Positions 47,695 to 55,859 of a stretch of DNA of 64,000 nucleotides are shown piece by piece. The notes under the pieces are model-generated. The model saw nothing but the letters and a program-made list of their open reading frames with translations. It ran no database searches and had not been told where the DNA came from. The translations under genes were made by a program, and so were the position numbers. How positions within the stretch are numbered: the first letter of the stretch is position 1; each line of letters starts with the position of its first letter. The stretch is taken from the IMG/VR virus record IMGVR_UViG_3300021964_000012, positions 124,001 to 188,000 of that record. One strand, written 5' to 3'.

Positions 47695-47829
47695 TATTGT
47701 TTCCTGTTAGTTGTGCAATAGCTTCTTGTTCCGATTCGGCCAACACAGTCTTTTCATTTATCTGTCTGTAACTACTTGGTGGACAACAATGATCTTTCTG
47801 TTCACTGTATATTACGAGATACACGTTCA

Positions 47830-48417
47830 TCAGATTGGCTCATATTCAAAATAATCTAATTCTTCAGCAAAGTGTCTTTTGATACATTTTACAAATTCTG
47901 TGCTCAATTCACTTACGTGCAAGTTTGAAGTGCGACTATGTACTGTGTGATCTAGTGGAACCGTACTGTTAAACAATTCCTGTATCTTGTAAAAATCTTC
48001 TGCAAGTGATTCATATGGTACTAATAGATCTACATCTTTTATATACTTCAGTTGATCATGATGTGATCTTACTTCTGGATTTTCAAAGATATAATCACAG
48101 AACGGTACAATACCAAGACGCCAGTACTTTTGATGTCGTTTTGCCATTTTATAGTTTTCACTTGTTTCTAAATTTTTTTTTAAAGTTTTTGTGTATTTGT
48201 AATCTGCCCAGTTATACAAACTCAAAATTCTTCTGTAGGTGTTTCTTGGTATGGCGAAAGTTTTATCATAATGAAGTTTATTGTATTCAGCTAAACTGTT
48301 GTGTCCAATTTCCACAAAAACATTAGCATGATTTTCTCGTGCCCAATGTGTTATACTTGCTCCTGCTGATTTAGGAATATGAACAAACCCTACTTTCATT
48401 GTTGTTTTTGTCTCCAA
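47830..48417 (-). CDS. sulfotransferase family protein
   Basis: FVHIPKSAGASI (5'-PSB loop), RN...R.LS (3'-PB), YESL.EDF. Confidence 0.75.
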   Translation of the reverse strand: METKTTMKVGFVHIPKSAGASITHWARENHANVFVEIGHNSLAEYNKLHYDKTFAIPRNTYRRILSLYNWADYKYTKTLKKNLETSENYKMAKRHQKYWRLGIVPFCDYIFENPEVRSHHDQLKYIKDVDLLVPYESLAEDFYKIQELFNSTVPLDHTVHSRTSNLHVSELSTEFVKCIKRHFAEELDYFEYEPI

Positions 48418-48596
48418 CGTGCATACATATCAAATATGGTTATGGATATCCATATGCCTAGCAATGCATTGAGAATAAAAGCAGGTCCACTGGCTATTAG
48501 TTGTTTTACATGTATAAACAAAAACATTGTGGTAATGAATACCATTACTTGATCAGTGATTGTTAACTTCGGTATTTCGTTCTGCACGTAGGGCAT
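48396..48596 (-). CDS. small membrane protein
   Basis: Two hydrophobic segments. Confidence 0.45.
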   Translation of the reverse strand: MPYVQNEIPKLTITDQVMVFITTMFLFIHVKQLIASGPAFILNALLGIWISITIFDMYARWRQKQQ

Positions 48597-48753
48597 CCTC
48601 TAGTTCAGTTATTCTTTTTTCCAATGCTACAATTCTTTTGGAAGCTTCAATTGGATTCATTATTACATCTTTTAGTTTACAATCTTCTTGACGCATTTTC
48701 CACAATATCCAGTCGTAGAATCTTTCTGGTTCTCTATCATCTTGTAAAGTCAT
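48553..48753 (-). CDS. hypothetical protein
   Basis: 66-aa ORF with coiled-coil C-terminus. Confidence 0.45.
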   Translation of the reverse strand: MTLQDDREPERFYDWILWKMRQEDCKLKDVIMNPIEASKRIVALEKRITELEDALRAERNTEVNNH

Positions 48754-48896
48754 CTTTTATCTTCCTATTCATTATTTCATGTTCATCTGGATTGTTACGT
48801 CTCCATTCTCTTTCTTTATACCAGTCATGTACAAAATGACATGCTATTAATCCAACAACCAGTACTACTGTTGAGATAGAGATATAAATTATGTAT

Positions 48897-49118
48897 TCAA
48901 CCAATTAGATCTCTGACGAAAACACATGCTCCATACCCGTATAATAACACAACTGGTGTAATGATTACATAGTTTGGATCATGAAACTTCTTTAGTATTT
49001 TTAACATTACTTCCCTCTTTGTTTTTGTTTTTTCTAAATAAACTGGCCAGTTAAGCATGACGTAGAAAACTGCTACTATTGATCCTAAGCCTAGACCTAA
49101 AATATAACCTGTGCTCAT
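48897..49118 (-). CDS. small membrane protein
   Basis: Two hydrophobic segments. Confidence 0.45.
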   Translation of the reverse strand: MSTGYILGLGLGSIVAVFYVMLNWPVYLEKTKTKREVMLKILKKFHDPNYVIITPVVLLYGYGACVFVRDLIG

Positions 49119-49227
49119 TTAATCGTGGTATCCGTCATCTTCGTCGAGTACTTTAATGTCTTTGACTTCAGACTGTGATTCTGGAAACAGTTCTAATTGT
49201 TCTGGTTCTCTTGGATCATCCATCTCG

Positions 49228-49479
49228 CTACTCCTTGTTGTTGTCTTTAAATGGAAAAATTTTAGTATGTTCTTCTTGTGGATCTCTTTCCCAACTGATC
49301 TTTGCCCATGCTCTTTCGTGAAAATAGTACAATGCCATTTTGGTTATTACTTCTATGCTTGCTATTGCTCCTGCCAATTGCCATGTGCCAGTAATAATCC
49401 AACTTATTAAAAATGTGTCAGAGGTAGCAACAATACGCCAACTGAAAGTTTTAGCAAGACTCCGTTTGTAAGTTGCTAT
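49228..49479 (-). CDS. DUF2061-like membrane protein, apparent ATA start
   Basis: Not in ORF track: (I)ATYKRSLAKTFSWRIVATSDTFLISWIITG...KMALYYFHERAWAKISW; ATA 7 nt after AAGGAG. Confidence 0.7.
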   Translation of the reverse strand: MATYKRSLAKTFSWRIVATSDTFLISWIITGTWQLAGAIASIEVITKMALYYFHERAWAKISWERDPQEEHTKIFPFKDNNKE

Positions 49480-49597
49480 TGGCTTTCTCCTTGTTTCTGT
49501 TGTAAGAACCTTTGCCTTTGCGATTTACAACCACTGAGGATCGCAATGTTCTAACTGCTTTGGCTATTGGATTCTTCACTGTTGTTTTCTTTTTCAT
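49451..49597 (-). CDS. arfA: ArfA-like alternative ribosome-rescue peptide (48 aa)
   Basis: Not in ORF track: MKKKTTVKNPIAKAVRTLRSSVVVNRKGKGSYNRNKEKANSNLQTESC; KGKGSYxR is the ArfA signature. Confidence 0.6.
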   Translation of the reverse strand: MKKKTTVKNPIAKAVRTLRSSVVVNRKGKGSYNRNKEKANSNLQTESC

Positions 49598-49829
49598 TTT
49601 CTGACTTTTTCTTCAATGCTCTTGAGAGTGCTGGTGCAGGAATATCTTCAGTTACTGAGATGTGCATTCTTGGATTTTCTTCTTGTAAAAGTTGTGCCAT
49701 TTTTTCTGCACGTTCTCGTCTTGTAAAAACATGTACTACACTATCTTCCATATCTCTCATCAAATAGTAGTTTTTTTCGTTCAGAATAGAATTTTTTGGT
49801 TTGGTAAGATAAACTTTTATTGCATACAA
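49551..49829 (-). CDS. hypothetical protein
   Basis: 92-aa ORF, TTG start. Confidence 0.5.
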   Translation of the reverse strand: MYAIKVYLTKPKNSILNEKNYYLMRDMEDSVVHVFTRRERAEKMAQLLQEENPRMHISVTEDIPAPALSRALKKKSENEKENNSEESNSQSS

Positions 49830-50171
49830 TTAATTGGCCACACTTTTATCAACGGCTGTATCTAATACATACCAATCGTTTAGAACTGCCAACAGGTCTC
49901 TGTTACTCTGATCATTAACATATATTCTTCCGTCCCTGGGCAAGTTTTGTTCGACCTCTCGCGGAGTATGACCTTGTGCTAGAAATTGATCAGTTACACA
50001 TTCATACACGTAAAACTCGCCATCGCGTACTTCTATTCTACATGGCACTAGTTTTGCAACAAATTCTTTTAGAAGTTTTTCATACATTCTATTTTTCATC
50101 TGAGTATCTCTGTACCACATTATACCAGTGGATAGTATAAACAGTACTATTCCTATTATTACATATTCCAT
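49830..50171 (-). CDS. hypothetical membrane-anchored protein
   Basis: N-terminal TM, FLAQG motif. Confidence 0.55.
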   Translation of the reverse strand: MEYVIIGIVLFILSTGIMWYRDTQMKNRMYEKLLKEFVAKLVPCRIEVRDGEFYVYECVTDQFLAQGHTPREVEQNLPRDGRIYVNDQSNRDLLAVLNDWYVLDTAVDKSVAN

Positions 50172-50226
50172 CGTACACCTATTTATTTTATTGTATTATA
50201 CGACCGTGTTGATAATTTGCAACTGT

Positions 50227-50502
50227 TTAGGACAAATAATAGTAGGCCATTCCGGCTACGGCTACCAAGGTCATCACACTGTTGGTGATAATAAGACTCC
50301 ATTCACGCCACATGCAACTCACTATCAACCATACCACACCACCAGCTATTAGTACTACCGGTCCAATAGGATACAATTCAGGAAAAGCACTGTTGATAAA
50401 ACTTCCAACCACAAGTGTAGCCGTGGCTATCCATTTCAAATAAAAATCAATCTTCATGTGCAGTCCTTTCAAATGCTTCAATCTCAGCTTGTTTACGTTC
50501 AA
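50227..50502 (-). CDS. small three-TM membrane protein, paralogue of 41780..42019
   Basis: KW.AT...YP.G....G..W..V..W.EWSLII. Confidence 0.55.
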   Translation of the reverse strand: MNVNKLRLKHLKGLHMKIDFYLKWIATATLVVGSFINSAFPELYPIGPVVLIAGGVVWLIVSCMWREWSLIITNSVMTLVAVAGMAYYYLS

Positions 50503-50765
50503 TCATGAGATCAATTGTTCGCACTGCAATAACTGTCTCAGGCTTGTTTACTCGCTTGATACTTTCGACAACACCTTCAAGTTCTGCAATATCATGCAGT
50601 AATTCATTTATCATTGAGACACCTCTTGATAAGCATTGTATGCTTCAATTGTTCGATTACTAAAAGCATACGGGTTACGTTGAATAAAGATTAACAATTC
50701 TTTCATTGTTAAACCTAAAAAATCACACTCTCTTTTGAGAACTGTTGTTGCACCACGAATAGTCA

Positions 50766-51134
50766 TTACGCTGCCTCCTTAGACTTTGTGCAAACATAAG
50801 GCTTGTTCCATTTACCAACATTGATATCTGTGTAATGACTAACATGGAAATAGTCGCTTTGGATATCTGACTTATCAAACCAGTCTGGACCTTTCATGGC
50901 GGCTAACAATTCGTTTAGGAAATCTTTAGCAACACCTGTGTAATGTCTATCAATATGGTAAACATTTACACTGGTAAAATCGTTGTGATCAAAATCAATT
51001 GGGCCACTTTGTAGGTTAACTACTAAACTAAAGTGATGCTTTACTGCAATAGTACCCTTCATATTGTACTTTTTAAGAACTGCTTTGATTGCTGGGCTTA
51101 ACTTTGCTTTTGTTTCTTGACTAACATATGCCAT
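50766..51134 (-). CDS. hypothetical early protein
   Basis: 122 aa, WFDKSDIQSDYFH...GKWNKPY; first gene behind the early cassette. Confidence 0.65.
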   Translation of the reverse strand: MAYVSQETKAKLSPAIKAVLKKYNMKGTIAVKHHFSLVVNLQSGPIDFDHNDFTSVNVYHIDRHYTGVAKDFLNELLAAMKGPDWFDKSDIQSDYFHVSHYTDINVGKWNKPYVCTKSKEAA

Positions 51135-51139
51135 CTAAC

Positions 51140-51198
51140 TCTCCTATTTTCTAACTATACATATATAATAACACACTATATGATATTGTCAACCTTTT
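51140..51198 (-). promoter_or_regulatory. early promoter/leader cassette
   Basis: AAAAAGGTTGACA-16-TATTAT-ATATGTATAGTTAGAAAATAGGAGA. Confidence 0.75.
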
Positions 51199-51346
51199 TA
51201 TATAAAAAGAATAATAAAATTAGATTATTGCTCGATAGTAAACAATAATATTGTTTCAAATTCGATTGTTGCTATTTAAGCAAGACTGTTTTTACAAAAA
51301 ACGGCTCTAAAATAGCCAAAAAACCTGGTTTTTCAATTTTTCCTTG

Positions 51347-51456
51347 TATAAATAAAAATGTAGCAAGAAATTGTTACAAGGCACCTGGGAAAGACCAAGT
51401 GACGGCGGAAATAGACCGCGGTATTGCTCCCCTCAAGCATATAACATTAATAGGAG
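51347..51456 (+). promoter_or_regulatory. late promoter TATAAATA followed by a four-hairpin structured leader
   Basis: TGTAGCAA-GAAA-TTGTTACA; CACCTGG-GAAAGA-CCAAGTG; GCGG-AAATAGA-CCGC; TGCT-CCCCTCA-AGCA; then AGGAG. Confidence 0.55.
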
Positions 51457-51462
51457 AAAAAA

Positions 51463-51621
51463 ATGGCAAAAAAGCTATCTAAGACTCTTGTGGCTATGTT
51501 TCAAAACATGTTTGATTCAAGAAGTGCCCAAGAAAAATATCTAGCACAGAGTGCAGACTTGTGCGAGTTAGAAATGAGAATGAAAAAACTACATACTACA
51601 TTTGGAAGGTTCGGTATATAA
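51463..51621 (+). CDS. small protein, DUF3563-like (52 aa)
   Basis: Manual translation ...EKYLAQSADLCELEMRMKKL...; AGGAG RBS. Confidence 0.55.
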   Translation: MAKKLSKTLVAMFQNMFDSRSAQEKYLAQSADLCELEMRMKKLHTTFGRFGI

Positions 51622-51622
51622 A

Positions 51623-51835
51623 ATGACTGCTTTAGTATTAAACACAAAAACTTTTTTACAAGATTTACTAGTAGGCTGGAGTCTTGCTACTGGTAAAATC
51701 AAAGATTCATATAAGAAGGTATCTCATATTGCTGAGAGAATTGGTACTGCACGAGCAGCATCACATTTAGCCAGCATGGGACATTATGAAATTGCAAAAT
51801 CATTGATGGAATATAATGAAAAAGAAGGAAAGTAA
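51623..51835 (+). CDS. small hypothetical protein
   Basis: ATG coupled to the upstream stop; G.ARAA..LA.MG.YE.AK motif. Confidence 0.55.
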   Translation: MTALVLNTKTFLQDLLVGWSLATGKIKDSYKKVSHIAERIGTARAASHLASMGHYEIAKSLMEYNEKEGK

Positions 51836-51981
51836 GATGAAAAATTTTTTACAAGCAACCACAGGCGTATTTGCACTTTTAGTAATTCTTGGTGCAGTAG
51901 GCATGGTAAGCACTGTATCAGTTGTAGCATAATGTGGCCATATACCGACGAGGAAAATGAGTTTCTCAGTTAAGTACATGT

Positions 51982-52212
51982 ATGAAAAGTATTTTAATAG
52001 TAGTAGTAATGTTGTTAAATGTGCAACAGGATCTATACATCATTCAAAAACCTAGCTTCGGGAGTGTACCCGAATGTTCTTATTTTGTACAACTGTATTC
52101 ACAACTGATTATCAGTAAGGCAAGGATAGAGTATCCAGAGCATGAGTTAGACAATATCTATTGTGTTCCAAAAGAAAGTCTTGATCAGTTATACCAACAA
52201 GCTCATATTTAA
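51982..52212 (+). CDS. small secreted hypothetical protein, likely leaderless
   Basis: Signal-like N-terminus, two Cys; ATG 5 nt after TTAAGTA. Confidence 0.55.
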   Translation: MKSILIVVVMLLNVQQDLYIIQKPSFGSVPECSYFVQLYSQLIISKARIEYPEHELDNIYCVPKESLDQLYQQAHI

Positions 52213-52254
52213 AAAAGGTAGAGGTTTTGCCAAAAGGCCTTGCTCTACCTTTTT
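52212..52254. terminator. bidirectional terminator between convergent genes
   Basis: AAAAAGGTAGAG...CTCTACCTTTTT inverted repeat. Confidence 0.75.
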
Positions 52255-52280
52255 CAGTGAGTAGCTATATTATATGTGAT

Positions 52281-52514
52281 TTATTTTGATTTGTATATAT
52301 GATATAGTACCCATATAGCAACTAAGCCAACTAGGCCTTGTGCTGAGAAACCTGCTATAATGTTTTGCACATTAGCAATTACATTAATGTCAGGCCAGAA
52401 TGGAACATTGTTTCCGCCAACTAATACCTCAAGCACAATGCCTAGAGCTAGTAAACTGACAGCAACTTCTGTTAATGAGTTTGCCCATCCTTTTATGTTT
52501 TTTAAGATATCCAT
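52281..52514 (-). CDS. small two-TM membrane protein (holin candidate)
   Basis: Two TM helices, AAGGAG RBS, CTAAATA late-type motif upstream. Confidence 0.55.
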   Translation of the reverse strand: MDILKNIKGWANSLTEVAVSLLALGIVLEVLVGGNNVPFWPDINVIANVQNIIAGFSAQGLVGLVAIWVLYHIYKSK

Positions 52515-52636
52515 AGAAATATCTCCTTCTGTTGTTAACTGGTTTAAAACCAGCATAGTATTTAGGTCCAGGTTCTATTATGTAATAACATATGTTATTA
52601 TCGCTAAATACTATCATAAGAAACTAGAGTGATATT

Positions 52637-53692
52637 ATGCTTATCAAACAAATTATTATGGAAAACGAACAAAGTAAACGTATTGACTTTATCGTTGATC
52701 AATTAAAACAGAATCCTGAAGTTATGAAAAAAGTGTATCGTTTGGTTAAAAGCGAACAGGATTTAGTAGCAAATAAATCACCTGAAGACATGCTTAAACC
52801 AGAACTTACAAAACCAGAAACAGATTATACCAACAGAGGTGTACTAGGTGAATTTATCAAAGCACTTAACAACACTCCTGGTGACTACGATGACCTTGCT
52901 AGTTTTTTATCCACCTATGGTAAAGTTAGTTATGTAGATGAAAAAGCACTTATGTCTCCTGGATATAGTGGTTGGAGTTCATGGCTACGTGGAAACGGCA
53001 ATGTAAGCGAAGATTTTATCAATGCATTATACAAGAACTTATTCAGTGTTCAATTAAACATACAAGGTTCAAATAGAGGTCCCGGCGAAGTTGGACTTGC
53101 TCTCTTGTCACCTAACATAAAATTTGCATCATTAGGCGACTTATCTATAAACGGTGTAGAAGTCGAAGTAAAAGGTGAAATGAGCACCGGCGGAGGCAGA
53201 CTGAAAAACAATATCAACGACTTTGGCAAACCAAACCTACAAGCAGTATACAATAAATTTAAGATTCCAAAAGAATCTATTCCGCCACGTTTACCAAGTG
53301 GTAATGCGGGTGCTAGAGACCGACACTTCCAAGATATTGCACTACAATTAGATCAAATTGCTGTAGGTGCAGGTCAAGCCTATATGGATGAATTGTTCAA
53401 CAGTACATTTATCAATGGCGATCAAAGCATGATAAACAAAATAGTATCTGACTACGATAGGATGGACAAAGCAAGCATAAGTCTTCTTGCAATGAAAATT
53501 GCATACAGCAGTTATGCCAACATTCTCAAAGGCAAAGGATTTTCAATGTTCTTATTTTTAAAACTCAAAGGCGAAAAGAGTTTGGCTTTTGATGTTGATG
53601 ATTATGAAGGCTTTTTAGAATACTTTAGACTAGGAAGTCTAGACTTTGCCGACACACAAAACGGCCCAGCTGTTCAAGCAAGTATGGTATAA
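52637..53692 (+). CDS. hypothetical late protein with PD-(D/E)XK-like motif
   Basis: GPGEVGLALLS...GDLSING.EVEVKG; CTAAATA upstream. Confidence 0.55.
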   Translation: MLIKQIIMENEQSKRIDFIVDQLKQNPEVMKKVYRLVKSEQDLVANKSPEDMLKPELTKPETDYTNRGVLGEFIKALNNTPGDYDDLASFLSTYGKVSYVDEKALMSPGYSGWSSWLRGNGNVSEDFINALYKNLFSVQLNIQGSNRGPGEVGLALLSPNIKFASLGDLSINGVEVEVKGEMSTGGGRLKNNINDFGKPNLQAVYNKFKIPKESIPPRLPSGNAGARDRHFQDIALQLDQIAVGAGQAYMDELFNSTFINGDQSMINKIVSDYDRMDKASISLLAMKIAYSSYANILKGKGFSMFLFLKLKGEKSLAFDVDDYEGFLEYFRLGSLDFADTQNGPAVQASMV

Positions 53693-53697
53693 AGATA

Positions 53698-53734
53698 GCC
53701 GGCCCTTCTATCATTTAAGTATGTAAGGGCCGGC
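53698..53734. terminator. GC-rich hairpin between convergent genes
   Basis: GCCGGCCCTT...AAGGGCCGGC. Confidence 0.65.
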
Positions 53735-53744
53735 CTAGGGGATT

Positions 53745-54533
53745 CTATCTACATTGTCTTTGATTGACTACACTGATTCTAGCCTGTCCAATTCTATCTG
53801 CATCTTCTGGTGATACTACTAAACTTATTCTGCTGCGTAGTTCTAACCAACCATTGATTTTTACACCATTGCCCATTGGATGAACCATTTTCTTTTGTGC
53901 TTGCCTATTGCTCTGTGTTCTGCCACTCAGCTCTGGTATATCCCAACAACCCAAGTTTCTACCGTTTAACGTGACTTGTAGTTGTGGTCCAGGACGTACC
54001 AAACCAAATAGCACTTTTTCACCACGTATTCTATCAAATTGAAAACTACTGTGTCCAGCACCCCAATGTTCTTCTGTGTACAGTGTTGCCCAATGTGTTG
54101 CCGCACGCGAATCACTGGCATTCCTGAGTATACTATCCAACTGTCTTAGATAGTTTTGGTTCCATCTTACAACAAAACCAATGTCTGCTACAACCTGCCT
54201 ATTTCTCACACTTAGTCTAACTGGATTAGTAAGCACATCAAATGCTCTATGAGGAAACTGGCTTAGTACTGTATCAACTTGACCATCATGGTATTGGTTG
54301 TTTTGTTGCTCTTGTCTGTATATTTGTCCAATAGTCTTACCATGATTATAGTTTATGGTTTCAGTAGGTTTGGGCTTTGACAATTGTAATATGCCAGTTA
54401 ATACTCCAGCAGGTGAAGGTTTTAATAATTCGTTGAACCAATCAGCTGTTGCTCTGTTGCTAGTACCACAACCAATTAATGTTGCAATAATACCTATTAA
54501 GAATAACTTATACATATGTAAAACTCCAATCAC
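53745..54533 (-). CDS. putative lipoprotein/secreted protein
   Basis: Hydrophobic signal with LIGC lipobox-like site. Confidence 0.55.
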   Translation of the reverse strand: MIGVLHMYKLFLIGIIATLIGCGTSNRATADWFNELLKPSPAGVLTGILQLSKPKPTETINYNHGKTIGQIYRQEQQNNQYHDGQVDTVLSQFPHRAFDVLTNPVRLSVRNRQVVADIGFVVRWNQNYLRQLDSILRNASDSRAATHWATLYTEEHWGAGHSSFQFDRIRGEKVLFGLVRPGPQLQVTLNGRNLGCWDIPELSGRTQSNRQAQKKMVHPMGNGVKINGWLELRSRISLVVSPEDADRIGQARISVVNQRQCR

Positions 54534-54680
54534 TCATTATCACACTAATTAGTATCAGCACAAAAACAATACCAATTGCAATTACACTCAACTTAAACAC
54601 TGCGTCAAGTATTGTGGGAAAAAACTTTATCAGCACATAGGCTATAGCAACAAATCCTGCAATCTGCAATAAGGTTTCCA

Positions 54681-54956
54681 TTATGCTACCTCTGCGGCTT
54701 TTTTATCATCAAGCTCGTAACCATCTTGCCATAGTATCCATGCACCATCATGGTTGTCAAAACCATATTCATCTGCAAAATCCATTGAACTGCTGTGCAT
54801 TACTCTATCTGCTAAACCTCTAGTTTTGATTATATAATTTACCATTTCAGCAGTTTTTGCAAAACCAACACAATTAAGTTCCATAGCAACATCATCTCTA
54901 CCACCGTAAAACTTAATACCACCGTTTTCAGCACTTATAAAATCTATCTTTGACAT
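54681..54956 (-). CDS. hypothetical early protein
   Basis: SSSMDFADEYGF motif; first gene behind the early cassette. Confidence 0.65.
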   Translation of the reverse strand: MSKIDFISAENGGIKFYGGRDDVAMELNCVGFAKTAEMVNYIIKTRGLADRVMHSSSMDFADEYGFDNHDGAWILWQDGYELDDKKAAEVA

Positions 54957-54961
54957 CTAGC

Positions 54962-55020
54962 TCTCCTTGTTTCTAACTATACATATATAATAACACATTA
55001 TAAGCACCTGTCAACCTTTT
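54962..55020 (-). promoter_or_regulatory. early promoter/leader cassette
   Basis: AAAAGGTTGACA-16-TATTAT-ATATGTATAGTTAGAAACAAGGAGA. Confidence 0.75.
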
Positions 55021-55062
55021 TGTTTGTTTTGGTACAATAAATAAGTTATAAGGAGCTAATAC

Positions 55063-55548
55063 ATGGGACAATTCAACAATAAAATTATGGCTGAGTTTAA
55101 TCCACCTAGAAAGTGGACACTCGGCAGAGATCTATCTTATACGACTAATGAACTAACAGTAGATGAAATCAAAGCACTCAAAGGTGTAGGTGTAAAAGTT
55201 AAAAGAGAAACCAACAAGACAGAAACTATCACAGTACCAAAAGGATTTGTGACAGATCTAGCCAGTGTGCCTCGTGCCATGTGGTGGTTAATAGCACCAT
55301 TTGATGTTGCACGAGCCGCTATAATACACGACCTCTTATACAAAGTAATAAGACAGTATCGTTGGAAAAAGAAAGATGCAGAAGATAAAGATCTAGTTAA
55401 AGCCGCAAAAATTGCCGCAGACAAAGTTTTTTTGCTTGGTATGCAAGATGCTGATCCTAAAATACCTGGCTATAAGATCTATCTAAGTTGGAAAGCAGTT
55501 GATCTGTTTGGCAATGGAAGTATAAAGCCAACAAAAGATAACATTTAG
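55063..55548 (+). CDS. DUF1353-family protein
   Basis: VPKGFVTDLASVPR...AAIIHDLLY...ADKVFL..M; ATAAATA upstream. Confidence 0.85.
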   Translation: MGQFNNKIMAEFNPPRKWTLGRDLSYTTNELTVDEIKALKGVGVKVKRETNKTETITVPKGFVTDLASVPRAMWWLIAPFDVARAAIIHDLLYKVIRQYRWKKKDAEDKDLVKAAKIAADKVFLLGMQDADPKIPGYKIYLSWKAVDLFGNGSIKPTKDNI

Positions 55549-55739
55549 TTTTTCACTAGTCCTGCTTTAAGAGCTTTCTTAGCCATTCTATAACTGAGTC
55601 TTGCAGTGTTACGTCTTGCACTTCTATACTCTTCACTTGGCCTTCCGCCTGGCTTTACTCCTTCAGGTTGATATCTGTGCATGAAATCACTTACGCAGTT
55701 GAATCTTCCTTGCCATATGTGTCCGTTACCTTGATACAT
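55545..55739 (-). CDS. small basic hypothetical protein
   Basis: 64 aa, AGGAG RBS. Confidence 0.5.
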   Translation of the reverse strand: MYQGNGHIWQGRFNCVSDFMHRYQPEGVKPGGRPSEEYRSARRNTARLSYRMAKKALKAGLVKN

Positions 55740-55859
55740 GTCGTCTCCTATTTAAAATAATATACTAATGGTAGTACTATTGCAAAAAATGCAAACAAGT
55801 GCCATAACTTTACAGTTGGATACACTACTTTATCTTTTGGTGCTTCGTTAAAAAAATCT

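Noticed and set aside
51359-51439. Assignment of the leader to a known riboswitch (ZTP, cobalamin, SAM-II/V, c-di-GMP)
   Set aside because: Only short fragments resemble them and the core consensus elements are missing; kept as an unassigned structure
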